This document shows positions 1-8,549 of a stretch of 49,768 bases of DNA, in pieces (position 1 is the stretch's first letter; each line of letters begins with the position of its first letter). Below the pieces are notes generated by a model, which worked only from the letters and a program-made list of their open reading frames with translations, ran no database searches and was not told the origin of the DNA. A program made the translations under genes and the position numbers. The stretch comes from Acidimicrobiales bacterium. Its GTDB lineage: Bacteria; Actinomycetota; Acidimicrobiia; Acidimicrobiales; CADCSY01. Location of the stretch: assembly GCA_040905815.1 (NCBI GenBank), contig JBBDQT010000053.1, positions 1 to 49,768 of the forward strand. The letters run 5' to 3'.

Positions 1-241
1 ACTCGACGTCGACCCGTTCGTCGTCGCCGTGGAACATCACGGCGTAGTCCTCGTACCGCAGACGTTCGCTGAACAGCCCGAAGCCGTACGCGGTGGCGCC
101 GGCGTGGCGGAAGAAGCGGGCGTCGGTGGCGCCCACCATCATCGTGGGCACGATGGCGCTGCCGGGATAGAAGCCCTCGCAGACCCGCTGCATGGCGCTC
201 CGGTGACGTCCATCGAGCCGAGCGTAGGTGCGGCGCGGCGG
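1..241 (-). pseudogene. C-terminal remnant of an M20-family (ArgE/DapE/dipeptidase-like) metallopeptidase; continues past the left window edge
   Basis: Minus-strand reading from 193 down to 1 gives MQRVCEGFYPGSAIVPTMMVGATDARFFRHAGATAYGFGLFSERLRYEDYAVMFHGDDERVDVE. This is the conserved C-terminal GATDarff..YGF..fHG.DERV block of M20 peptidases. The frame is closed upstream by TAA (242-244). The space where the ~300-aa catalytic N-terminal part should lie is occupied by the + strand gene starting at 300. It is absent from the ORF track because it is open at the window edge. Confidence 0.4.
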
Positions 242-299
242 TTAAAGACGGCCGGGGTGCGCGACGCGTGCGCACACAGGTGGTTGACTGGTCGCCAAC

Positions 300-2204
300 A
301 TGACCCAGAACTCCGTCGTCGTCATCGACGGCTCCAACATCGCGACCGAAGGTCGCAGCCTGCCCAGCTTGGCCCAGCTCGACGAGGCGGTCCGCTCCTT
401 CCTCGAGGAGTACCCGCACGATCAGTTCATCGTCGTCGTGGACGCCACCTTCGAGCACCGCATCGACCCGTCCGAGCGCCAGATGTACGACGAGGCGCTG
501 GCTGCGAACGAGCTGCTCACGCCACCGGCGGGCACGATCGGCAGGGGAGACGCGTTCATCCTCGCCATCGCCGAGAAGGCGAACGCGACCGTGTTCTCCA
601 ACGACTCCTTCCAGGAGTTCCACGGTGAGTACGACTGGCTCTTCGACGAGGGCCGCCTGATCGGTGGCAAGCCCGTCCCCGTCATCGGGTGGGTCTTCAC
701 CGCCCGCACCCCGGTGCGCGGCCAGAAGAGCCGCCAGGCGACCCGCGCTGCGTCGCGCAAGCGGGTGCGCGGCGGCGAGACGGCGTCCGCGAAGAGCGCG
801 AGCAGGTCGTCACCCCGCAGGTCCGCCTCGTCCCCGGCCGCGAACCTCCCCATGCCGACGCCCAAGGTCCCGCCGCCCGGCGCAGCCCGCGGACGTGGCC
901 GGGACGAGCGGGCGCAACCCGGAGGCGGCGGCCGCGACCGCGGCGACCGAGCACGTCGTGGCGGGCGCAAGCGCGGCGGCGCCGCGTCGCCCGAGCCGGT
1001 GAACGACGGCCTCGCCTTCGTCACGTTCATCAGCGACCACGCCGTCGGCGAGACCGTCGAGGGCGAGGTCACGGAGTTCTCGAGCCACGGCGCCTACGTC
1101 TCGGTTGGCGAGGCCCGTTGCTACGTGCCGCTGAAGTACCTCGGCGACCCGCCGCCGCGGGCTGCCAGGGACGTCCTCGAGCGGGGAGAGGTCCGCGCCT
1201 TCGTCGTCCAGGCGATCGACGGACCCCGCCGCGCCGTCGACCTGGCGCTGCCCGGGTTCGAGCAGCTCGACGGCGTCACCGACCGGGCCGAGGGGATCGA
1301 CGAGGACGACGCGCAGCCGGCCACAGGACGAGCCGGCACGAAGGCGAGCGGCGACGGAGACGAGGCGCTGAAGCGCCGCACCCGCGCTCGGGTGGCGCCG
1401 GCTGACGGCGACGATGACCAGCCGGTCCGTCGGCGCAGGTTCAAGAAGGCGGCGGCGCCCGCCGAGCCGGAGGAGGCGGCGGCACCGGAGCCGGCCGCCG
1501 AGCCGGCGCCCCGCCGACGCACCCGCAAGGCAGCCGCGCCAGCGGTCGAGGTGGCTGCACCCGAGGACGAAGCACCCAAGCCCCGTCGTCGCACCCGCAA
1601 GGCGGCACCGGAACCGGTCGAGGAGGCTGCGGCCTCCGACAGCACGGAGCCGCCGGTCGAGCCGGCGCCTCGTCGTCGTGCTCGCAGGGCGGCCCCGGTC
1701 GAGTCCGCACCGCAGGCGGACGAAGCGCCCGCGCGCCGCCGTGCCCGCAGAGGCGCCGACGCCCCGCCCTCCGACACGCCGGCCGACGACGCGCCCGCCG
1801 GACCGCCCCGCGGCCGCGGTCGCCGGGTCGCAGCCACCGCTCCCGCCGATGCCGCCCCCCCGCCGGAAGCCCCGGCGTCCGACGCACCGGCGAAGCGCAC
1901 CGCGAAGCGGGCCGCCAAGAAGGCGCCGGCGACCGAGGTGCCGACGTCGAGCGCTCCGGCGAAGAAGGCTGCGGCTCGCAAGGCCGCTCCTGCCCAGGCG
2001 AAGCGGGCCCGCAGCGCGAAGTCCGAGGCACCGAAGTCCGAGGCAGCGCCGCCGGAGAAGCGACCGGCCAAGCGCGCGCCTGCCAAGCGGGCGTCCAAGA
2101 AGACGACCGACGCTGACGACGCGAAAGCCTCGGAGGGCGACGCCAAGGTTGCCCGCAAGCGTGCGCCGAGCCGATCCCGTTCTGCGCCCTCTGACGACAC
2201 CTGA
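300..2204 (+). CDS. Zc3h12a/Regnase-like NYN (PIN-fold) ribonuclease fused to an S1 RNA-binding domain and a long Ala/Pro/Arg/Lys-rich disordered tail
   Basis: ATG at 300. aa 1-110 (VVIDGSNIATEG ... GDAFILAIAEKANATVFSNDSFQEF) match the NYN core. aa ~247-316 (VGETVEGEVTEFSSHGAYVSVGEARCYVPLKYLG...VRAFVVQAID) match S1/OB. aa ~320-634 are low complexity, with RRRTRK-type and AKKA/PAKR-type repeats. Confidence 0.85.
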   Translation: MTQNSVVVIDGSNIATEGRSLPSLAQLDEAVRSFLEEYPHDQFIVVVDATFEHRIDPSERQMYDEALAANELLTPPAGTIGRGDAFILAIAEKANATVFSNDSFQEFHGEYDWLFDEGRLIGGKPVPVIGWVFTARTPVRGQKSRQATRAASRKRVRGGETASAKSASRSSPRRSASSPAANLPMPTPKVPPPGAARGRGRDERAQPGGGGRDRGDRARRGGRKRGGAASPEPVNDGLAFVTFISDHAVGETVEGEVTEFSSHGAYVSVGEARCYVPLKYLGDPPPRAARDVLERGEVRAFVVQAIDGPRRAVDLALPGFEQLDGVTDRAEGIDEDDAQPATGRAGTKASGDGDEALKRRTRARVAPADGDDDQPVRRRRFKKAAAPAEPEEAAAPEPAAEPAPRRRTRKAAAPAVEVAAPEDEAPKPRRRTRKAAPEPVEEAAASDSTEPPVEPAPRRRARRAAPVESAPQADEAPARRRARRGADAPPSDTPADDAPAGPPRGRGRRVAATAPADAAPPPEAPASDAPAKRTAKRAAKKAPATEVPTSSAPAKKAAARKAAPAQAKRARSAKSEAPKSEAAPPEKRPAKRAPAKRASKKTTDADDAKASEGDAKVARKRAPSRSRSAPSDDT

Positions 2205-2290
2205 CCGCACCGCCCCCGGCTGATCGGTTGGTGTCGGACCCGCGCTCATCTTCGGGCTGCCGCGCCGTTGGGCGCCGGTACGGTGCCGGG

Positions 2291-3070
2291 GTGCGTGTCG
2301 CGACGTGGAACGTCAACTCCTTGAAGGCCAGGCTCCCGAGGGTGGAGCAGTGGCTACAGGAGGTCCAGCCGGACGTGCTGTGCCTCCAGGAGACGAAGTC
2401 GACCGACGACGCGTTCCCGGCGATGGTGTTCACGGGCCTCGGCTACGAGAGCGTCCACCACGGTGAGGGCCGGTGGAACGGCGTGGCCATCGTCTCCCGG
2501 GTCGGCATCGAAGACGTCGTCGACGGGTTCGCCGACGACATGGGCCCTGCCGACGAGGCGCGGTTGGTCACCGCCACGTGCGGCGGGGTGCGGGTGGCGA
2601 CCGTGTACGTCCCCAACGGCCGGGAGGTGGGCCACGTCCAGTGGCACCGCAAGCTCGACTGGCTCGCTCGCCTCAAGGCCCACATGGCGGCGACGGCGGA
2701 CCCCTCGGGTGACGCCGTGGTGCTCGGCGACTTCAACGTGGCTCCCGACGATCGGGACGTGTGGGACCCGGAGGCCTGCCATGGCGGCACCCACGTCAGC
2801 GCCGAGGAGCGGAGTGCTCTGCGAGCGCTGTGCGACTGGGGCCTCGTCGACGTCTTCCGGCAGCGGCACCAGGAGGACGGTCTCTTCACGTGGTGGGACT
2901 ACCGGGCCGGGAACTTCCACAAGCACCTCGGGATGCGGATCGACCTGCTGCTCGCCACCGCGCCGCTCGCCGAGCGCCTGTCGTGGGTGCTCGTCGACCG
3001 CAACGCCCGCAAGGGCAAGATGCCCTCGGATCACGCACCGGTCGTCGCCGAGTTCGCCCCCCGCGCCTGA
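2291..3070 (+). CDS. xthA: exodeoxyribonuclease III (AP endonuclease)
   Basis: Motifs VRVATWNVNSLKARL, LCLQETK, GDFNVAPDDRDVWD, SDHAPVVAEF. GTG at 2291 (VRVATWN) fits the family N-terminus better than the ORF-track start at 2228. Confidence 0.9.
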   Translation: MRVATWNVNSLKARLPRVEQWLQEVQPDVLCLQETKSTDDAFPAMVFTGLGYESVHHGEGRWNGVAIVSRVGIEDVVDGFADDMGPADEARLVTATCGGVRVATVYVPNGREVGHVQWHRKLDWLARLKAHMAATADPSGDAVVLGDFNVAPDDRDVWDPEACHGGTHVSAEERSALRALCDWGLVDVFRQRHQEDGLFTWWDYRAGNFHKHLGMRIDLLLATAPLAERLSWVLVDRNARKGKMPSDHAPVVAEFAPRA

Positions 3071-3094
3071 ATCGCGCCGACCGGTCGCTCGGTG

Positions 3095-3595
3095 TCAGCG
3101 GTCGCCCCCCTCCAACCAGCGCCGGACGAGGACCGCCTCCTGGTCGAGGTGCTCTTCGAGGCCGGAGACGATGGCGCGCTCGACCTTGCGGCCGACGAGG
3201 GGGAAGCGCACGGTCAGCGCGCCGTCGGCGACCCGGAGGCACGTGTCGGGGCCGGTCGCCGAGAACAGGTAGGTCCCGCCGGCCTGCAACCGGTCCCCGT
3301 AGTGCTCGGGCACGATGCGGAACGTGGCCGAGCCCGCCTCCAGGTCATAGGTCGTCTCGTCGACCCAGATGAGCTTCGCCGGGTCGACCACGGCGGTGAC
3401 GGCGGGGGAGAGGTCGCCGGAGAACCGGTACCGCACACGCTGGTGCACGAGGTCGCCGTCCGACCGCTGCTCGAGGACCTCGGGGCGTCCTAGCTTCGGG
3501 AGGTCGGAGAGGCTCGCCAGGAAGCCGGCGTCGACGAGGACGTCGATCACCTCGTCCACGCGCGCGGGCAACGGCTGCTCGAGGTGGAAGCGCAC
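3095..3595 (-). CDS. SRPBCC-superfamily protein (DUF2505-like), function unknown
   Basis: VRFHLEQPLPARVDEVIDVLVDAGFLASL ... VGRKVERAIVSGLEEHLDQEAVLVRRWLE. GTG at 3595 chosen; the upstream Ser/Thr-rich part of the 207-aa ORF looks non-coding. Confidence 0.6.
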   Translation of the reverse strand: MRFHLEQPLPARVDEVIDVLVDAGFLASLSDLPKLGRPEVLEQRSDGDLVHQRVRYRFSGDLSPAVTAVVDPAKLIWVDETTYDLEAGSATFRIVPEHYGDRLQAGGTYLFSATGPDTCLRVADGALTVRFPLVGRKVERAIVSGLEEHLDQEAVLVRRWLEGGDR

Positions 3596-3608
3596 GGGCG
3601 GACTGTAG

Positions 3609-3974
3609 GTGGCCGGTAGGTTCCCCGCTGTGGTGGAGATCGACCCCGTGCGGTTCGAGGAGCTCGTCGCCGAGGCCCTCGACGGCATTCCCGAGGCGCT
3701 CGGACTGAAGATGGACAACGTCGTGGTGCAGGTTCGGGACCAGGCCCGCGATCGGCACCTGCTCGGCCTCTACCAGGGCATCCCGCTCACCCAGCGGGAG
3801 ACCTACGGCGGTCTCGCCATGCCGGACCGGATCACGATCTACCGGATCCCCATCTGCCGCAGGTGTCGCGACGAGGCGGAGGTCGTCGATCAGGTGCGGA
3901 TCACCGTCATCCACGAGGTCGCCCACCACTTCGGGATCGACGACGACCGTCTCGACGAGCTCGGCTGGGCGTGA
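3609..3974 (+). CDS. small zincin-like metallopeptidase family protein (DUF1025-like)
   Basis: HEVAHHFG zinc motif and IDPVRFEELVAEALDGIPEAL N-terminus. The start could equally be GTG at 3630 or 3633. Confidence 0.7.
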   Translation: MAGRFPAVVEIDPVRFEELVAEALDGIPEALGLKMDNVVVQVRDQARDRHLLGLYQGIPLTQRETYGGLAMPDRITIYRIPICRRCRDEAEVVDQVRITVIHEVAHHFGIDDDRLDELGWA

Positions 3975-4003
3975 CCGCTCGGCCCTGCGCCTAACCTGCC
4001 TCT

Positions 4004-4552
4004 GTGCCCCGCGTCGTCGTCACCGCCTTCGGTCCCGACCGCCCCGGTATCGTCGCGACCGTCACCGGTGTCCTCGTCCGGAACGGTGCGAACCTCGCAG
4101 ACACCGCGATGACGAACCTGGCGGGGCAGTTCGCGATGGTCCTCGTCGTCGACGTGTCCGCAGAGGGCACCGCCGACGCGCTGGAGCGGACGCTGGCGGA
4201 GGAGACGGCTGCCATCGGCCTCACCGTGGCGGTGCGCCCGCTCACCGAGGAGGGCGATGACCCCCCGGTGGTCGGCGACGTCGGCACCTCCTGGGCGGTC
4301 TCGGTCCACGGCGCCGACCAGCCGGGGATCGTGCACCGGGTCACGACGGCGCTCGCCGAGCGCCATGCCAACGTCGTCGATCTCACGACCCGCACGATCG
4401 GCACTCCCGAAGAGCCGGTCTACGTGATGCTGCTCGACATCGTCCTCCCCGAGGGAGCGGACGTGTCCGCGCTGCAGGAGGAGCTCGCCGGCCTCGCCGA
4501 TGATCTCCGCGTCGAGATCCGCGTGCGCGCTGACGACGCCGACATCCTCTGA
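4004..4552 (+). CDS. tandem ACT-domain protein (GcvR-like)
   Basis: Two ACT-like repeats: VVVTAFGPDRPGIVATVTGVL..NGANL and WAVSVHGADQPGIVHRVTTALAERHANV. GTG start at 4004. Confidence 0.7.
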   Translation: MPRVVVTAFGPDRPGIVATVTGVLVRNGANLADTAMTNLAGQFAMVLVVDVSAEGTADALERTLAEETAAIGLTVAVRPLTEEGDDPPVVGDVGTSWAVSVHGADQPGIVHRVTTALAERHANVVDLTTRTIGTPEEPVYVMLLDIVLPEGADVSALQEELAGLADDLRVEIRVRADDADIL

Positions 4553-4574
4553 GCCGCACCGCGCCCAACCCCCC

Positions 4575-5072
4575 GTGATCCGTCCCGTCGTATGCCTCCC
4601 CGCCCCGGTCCTGTCGCGCTTCGCCGAGCCCGTCGTCGTGATCGACGCCGCCGCCCGCCAGCTCGGCGCCGACCTGCTCGACACCATGCGTGGCTCGGAC
4701 CACAGCGTCGGTGTCGCCGCGCCGCAGATCGGCGTGTCCAAGCGGGCGTTCTGCGTGGACGTCAGCGGGCATCGCAAGGCGCATTCCTGCCACGGCGAGA
4801 TCGTCCTCTTCGATCCGGTCGTCCTCCAGGCAGGCCCCGCCGAGGTCGGCCGCGAGGGCTGCATGAGCGTCCCCGACCTGACCGGTGACGTGGCCCGTGC
4901 CCTCGAGCTGGTGGTGCGCGGCATCGGGCTCGATGGTCGAACGGTCACCATCGAGGCGGATGCGTTCGAGGCCCGTGCCCTCCAGCACGAGCTCGACCAC
5001 CTCGACGGCCTGCTCTTCCTCGACCGGGTCGTGGCCGACGACCGCATCTTCCGCCGGCGCGTCTTCCGCTGA
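4575..5072 (+). CDS. def: peptide deformylase
   Basis: All three PDF motifs are present: GVAAPQIG, EGCMSVP, QHELDHLDG. GTG at 4575 (VIRPVV) is in frame with the longer ORF 4500..5072. Confidence 0.9.
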   Translation: MIRPVVCLPAPVLSRFAEPVVVIDAAARQLGADLLDTMRGSDHSVGVAAPQIGVSKRAFCVDVSGHRKAHSCHGEIVLFDPVVLQAGPAEVGREGCMSVPDLTGDVARALELVVRGIGLDGRTVTIEADAFEARALQHELDHLDGLLFLDRVVADDRIFRRRVFR

Positions 5073-5118
5073 GGCCGTGCCGCCCTGACGAGCGGGGCGC
5101 CGCCGGTACCCTCGCGGC

Positions 5119-5727
5119 GTGGCGTTCCCACGCAGGCTGTTGAACCACGGCGAGGAGCTGGTGGTCGACGTGCGTCCCCACTGGCGGTACTTCCTCGGGC
5201 CTGCGCTGCTCCTCGGGCTCGCTGTCGGCGGACTCGTCGCATCGGCGGCTGAGGGTCTCCACGAGTGGCTGCAGCTGACGCTCGCTGGCGTCACGCTCGC
5301 CGCTCTCGCGTGGTTCACGGGGCGCTACGCCCGGTGGGCGTCGACGAGCTTCGTGGTCACGACGGACCGGCTCATCCACCGGTCAGGCGTCCTCTCCAAG
5401 CACGGCATCGAGGTCCCGCTCGAGCGGGTGAACAGCGTGTTCTCCAGCCAGTCCCTGTTCGAGCGGCTGCTGCGCTCCGGCGACCTCGTGATCGAGTCGG
5501 GTGGCGAGCGGGGCCGCCAGCGCTTCGGCGACGTGCCTCGGCCCGCTGCCGTCCAGCAGGAGATCTACCGGCAGATCGAGGACAACCAGCGCCGCATGTC
5601 CACGGGCCGGCTGGTGGGCGACTCGGTGACCGATCAGCTCTCCAGGCTCGACGACCTGCGCCGGCGTGGCATCGTCACCCAGGCCGAGTTCGACGCCAAG
5701 AAGACGTCGCTCCTCGACCGGCTCTGA
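5119..5727 (+). CDS. membrane bPH (YdbS/YdbT-like PH) domain protein with C-terminal SHOCT domain
   Basis: N-terminus HGEELVVDVRPHW followed by two TM helices, then FVVTTDRLIHRSG...VNSV...GDLVIESGG (bacterial PH). C-terminus LSRLDDLRRRGIVTQAEFDAKKTSLL (SHOCT-like). Confidence 0.75.
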   Translation: MAFPRRLLNHGEELVVDVRPHWRYFLGPALLLGLAVGGLVASAAEGLHEWLQLTLAGVTLAALAWFTGRYARWASTSFVVTTDRLIHRSGVLSKHGIEVPLERVNSVFSSQSLFERLLRSGDLVIESGGERGRQRFGDVPRPAAVQQEIYRQIEDNQRRMSTGRLVGDSVTDQLSRLDDLRRRGIVTQAEFDAKKTSLLDRL

Positions 5728-5768
5728 GCACCGCCTGCGGCCGGGCGCGACGAGCCGGGCGCGACAGA

Positions 5769-5786
5769 GGGCCGGGTTCCCGGCCC
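5769..5786 (+). terminator. GC-rich stem-loop downstream of the PH/SHOCT gene, in a convergent gap
   Basis: GGGCCGGG-TT-CCCGGCCC, a perfect 8-bp stem, followed by the T-containing tract ctgtggttcgtcttctg. Confidence 0.4.
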
Positions 5787-5843
5787 CCTGTGGTTCGTCT
5801 TCTGCCCGGTCGGCGACCGCCGTCGCCAGGCGGGTGAGCTGTC

Positions 5844-6050
5844 TCAGTAACGCTCTTCTCGGATGACCCGGTCCTCGCCTCGTCCGGTGAGGCTGCTGAC
5901 GAAGACCAGCGAGACCAGCAGGCCGATCGCCCCCACGATCATGAGGATGATGCCGATCGTGTTGAGGTTCACGCCCTCGGTCGTGACTTCGATGGCGAAC
6001 GCCAGGATGGCGCCCACGGCGAGTAGGAAGACGCTGACTCCGATGCCCAT
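5844..6050 (-). CDS. small two-TM membrane protein (DUF6458-like)
   Basis: MGIGVSVFLLAVGAILAFAIEVTTEGVNLNTIGIILMIVGAIGLLVSLVFV... ATG at 6050 preceded by AGGAG. The rest of the 554-aa ORF is a GC artefact. Confidence 0.7.
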   Translation of the reverse strand: MGIGVSVFLLAVGAILAFAIEVTTEGVNLNTIGIILMIVGAIGLLVSLVFVSSLTGRGEDRVIREERY

Positions 6051-6311
6051 GAGATCTCCTCTGTCTGCAGTTGGCGAGGGGCCTGTCCCACTCCCCGCTG
6101 ACGAGACGTGCGCCTCGCTGCCATCTGGGTACCCCCGGTCGGCGCTCGGCGAAACACCATGCGTGGTCGCTGAGGAAGGGCGTGGCCGCGGAGCGTGAGC
6201 CGCTGGGACGTTTTCGGCAGTCATCCTCCGGCGACGAGGACCCGTTCGAAGCACGCGCTGCTGCCCGACCGCTCTTGACCGGGCAGTCAAGTGTGGGCGA
6301 GTGTTTCGACC

Positions 6312-7184
6312 ATGCCCAACGTGCGCGCCAACGGGATCGACATCGAGTACGACGAGCTCGGTTCGCCCGACGACCCCGGCTTCCTCCTCGTCACGGGGAT
6401 CTCCGTGCAGATGACCAGCTGGGACGTGCGGTTCTGCCAGCAGCTCGCGGATCACGGCTTCCGGGTCGTGCGCTTCGACAACCGGGACGTCGGCCTCTCC
6501 AGCCGGATGACGGACGCTCCCGTCCCCGACGTGATGAAGGCGGTCGCCGGTGACCACTCGACGGCGTCGTACACGATCGCCGACATGGCCGACGACGCCG
6601 CCGCGCTCATCGACGTCCTGGACATGGCGCCCGCCCACGTCCTCGGCGTGTCGATGGGCGGGATGATCGCCCAGTCCCTGGCGAGCCGTCACCCGGGCAA
6701 GGTGCGCTCGCTGTGCTCGGTGATGTCGACGACGGGCGACCCCTCCGTCGGCGCGCCGACCGGTGAGGCCGTCACCGCCCTGCTCGCGTCGTCGCCGAGC
6801 AACCGGGACGAGGCGGCGGACCGGGCGGTGTCGGCCACCAAGGTCATCGGCTCGCCCGGCTTCCCGACGGACGAGGGCGTGATCCGCCGGCGCGCCATGG
6901 CCGCGTTCGACCGTTCGAACGACCCGGTCGGGGTCGCCCGCCAGCTCGTCGCCATCATGGCCTCCCCCGACCGCACCGCCGACCTCGGCTCCGTGTCGGT
7001 GCCCACCCTCGTCATCCACGGCGCGGACGACCCCTTGATCGACGTGAGCGGCGGCGAGGCCACCGCGAAGGTGATTCCCGAGGCCGAGCTGCTCGTCATC
7101 CCGGGCATGGGCCACGACCTCCCCGAGGCGCTGTGGGCGACCCTCATCGACGCCGCCGCCGCCAACGCCTCGAGGGCGGCCTGA
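6312..7184 (+). CDS. alpha/beta-fold hydrolase
   Basis: [10 protein letters not shown] nucleophile elbow and GMGHDLPE C-terminal His motif. ATG at 6312 ([13 protein letters not shown]). Confidence 0.85.
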   Translation: MPNVRANGIDIEYDELGSPDDPGFLLVTGISVQMTSWDVRFCQQLADHGFRVVRFDNRDVGLSSRMTDAPVPDVMKAVAGDHSTASYTIADMADDAAALIDVLDMAPAHVLGVSMGGMIAQSLASRHPGKVRSLCSVMSTTGDPSVGAPTGEAVTALLASSPSNRDEAADRAVSATKVIGSPGFPTDEGVIRRRAMAAFDRSNDPVGVARQLVAIMASPDRTADLGSVSVPTLVIHGADDPLIDVSGGEATAKVIPEAELLVIPGMGHDLPEALWATLIDAAAANASRAA

Positions 7185-7185
7185 C

Positions 7186-8331
7186 GTGGCCGGACCGCTC
7201 ACGGGCGTCCGGATCATCGAGCTCGCGGGGATCGGCCCCGGCCCCTTCGCCGCCATGCTCTTCGCCGACATGGGCGCCGAGGTCGTCCGCGTCGACCGCG
7301 CCCGGGCCGTGACGGGCGGGGATCCCGCCTCGCCTCCGGCCGATCCTCTGCTGCGGGGCCGTCGCTCGATCGGTGTCGACCTCAAGCACCCGGACGGCGT
7401 CGAGGCTGTCCTCCGCCTCGTCGAGGGCGCCGACGCGATCATCGAGGGCTTCCGGCCCGGCGTCACCGAACGCATGGGCCTCGGACCCGACATCTGCTTC
7501 GGGCGCAACCCGAAGCTGGTCTACGGGCGGATGACCGGATGGGGCCAGGACGGCCCCTACGCGCAGAACGCCGGGCACGACATCAACTACATCGCCCTGG
7601 CCGGCGCGCTCGAGGGCGTGGGCAGGGCAGGGCAGGCCCCGACGCCGCCGCTCAACCTGGTGGGCGACTTCGGTGGCGGAGCGATGTTCCTCGCGTTCGG
7701 CGTCGTGTGCGCTGTGCTCGAAGCCCGCGCCACTGGCGAGGGCCAGGTCGTCGACGCGGCGATGGTCGACGGCGCCGCCACCCTGATGAGCATGTTCTAC
7801 GGCCTCAAGGCCGTGGGCGTCTGGCAGCCCGAGCGGGGAACGAACCTGCTCGACACCGGCGCCCACTTCTACGACGTCTACGAGTGCGCTGACGGCCGCT
7901 ACGTCTCGATCGGTTCCATCGAGCCGCAGTTCTACGCAGAGCTCCTGCGCCTCACCGGGCTGGAGGGCGAGGTCCTCCCGCACCAGCACGACCGTTTGCA
8001 GTGGCCGGCCCTGAAGGAGCGCCTCGCAGGCATCTTCATGGAGAAGACGCGTGACGAGTGGTGCGAGGTGATGGAAGGCACCGACGTGTGCTTCGCCCCC
8101 GTGCTGTCCCTGGACGAGGCGCACTCCCACCCGCACCTGGCGGCGCGGGGCACCTTCACCGAGGTGGCGGGTGTCCGGCAGCCGGCGCCGGCGCCGCGAT
8201 TCAGCCGGACCGAGCCCGAGATCAGCAGACCGCCCCCGCACCCGGGTCAGCACACCGACGAGGTGCTCCAGGCGTGGGGGTTCGGCGCCGACGAGGTCGC
8301 GTCGCTTCGCGCCGCAGGCGCGATCAGGTAG
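7186..8331 (+). CDS. family III CoA-transferase (CaiB/BaiF; alpha-methylacyl-CoA racemase-like)
   Basis: [48 protein letters not shown]. The start lies 1 nt after the upstream stop. Confidence 0.85.
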   Translation: MAGPLTGVRIIELAGIGPGPFAAMLFADMGAEVVRVDRARAVTGGDPASPPADPLLRGRRSIGVDLKHPDGVEAVLRLVEGADAIIEGFRPGVTERMGLGPDICFGRNPKLVYGRMTGWGQDGPYAQNAGHDINYIALAGALEGVGRAGQAPTPPLNLVGDFGGGAMFLAFGVVCAVLEARATGEGQVVDAAMVDGAATLMSMFYGLKAVGVWQPERGTNLLDTGAHFYDVYECADGRYVSIGSIEPQFYAELLRLTGLEGEVLPHQHDRLQWPALKERLAGIFMEKTRDEWCEVMEGTDVCFAPVLSLDEAHSHPHLAARGTFTEVAGVRQPAPAPRFSRTEPEISRPPPHPGQHTDEVLQAWGFGADEVASLRAAGAIR

Positions 8332-8366
8332 CGGGGGGAGCAGCACGGTCGGGCAGACTGCCGGGC

Positions 8367-8549
8367 GTGGCAACCCTCGTCTGCTTCCACGCCCACCCCG
8401 ACGACGAGTCGATCGCGACCGGCGGTCTGATGGCGCGGGCGGCCTCGGAGGGCCACCGGGTCGTGCTCGTGTGCGCCACGCGCGGCGAGCAGGGCGAGGT
8501 CGACCTGCCCGTCGACCGCTTCGAGCCGTGGCTGGCGGGGCTGAAGTGA
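8367..8549 (+). pseudogene. 60-codon N-terminal fragment of a PIG-L/LmbE-family deacetylase
   Basis: [44 protein letters not shown] carries the AHPDDE motif but ends after ~60 aa, whereas the family is normally more than 200 aa. Its TGA overlaps the GTG of the next gene (GTGA at 8546-8549). Confidence 0.5.

Noticed and set aside
422-2433. Multiple long ORFs in other frames and on the opposite strand across the NYN-gene tail (for example 810..2249 -, 1121..2200 -, 1441..2433 -, 1414..2223 +)
   Set aside because: Their translations are Arg/Pro/Gly/Ala-rich low-complexity sequence typical of out-of-frame reading of high-GC repetitive coding DNA. Only the 300..2204 frame contains recognisable domains.
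3595-3633. Head-to-head start codons only 13 nt apart (DUF2505-like gene vs zincin-like gene), implying fully overlapping promoters
   Set aside because: The spacing depends on uncertain GTG start choices on both sides (alternatives at 3630/3633). It is not a robust observation.
6905-6920. GTTCGACCGTTCGAAC resembling an actinobacterial LexA/SOS box
   Set aside because: The half-site order and spacing do not match TCGAAC-N4-GTTCGA, and it lies inside the alpha/beta hydrolase coding sequence (AAFDRSND).
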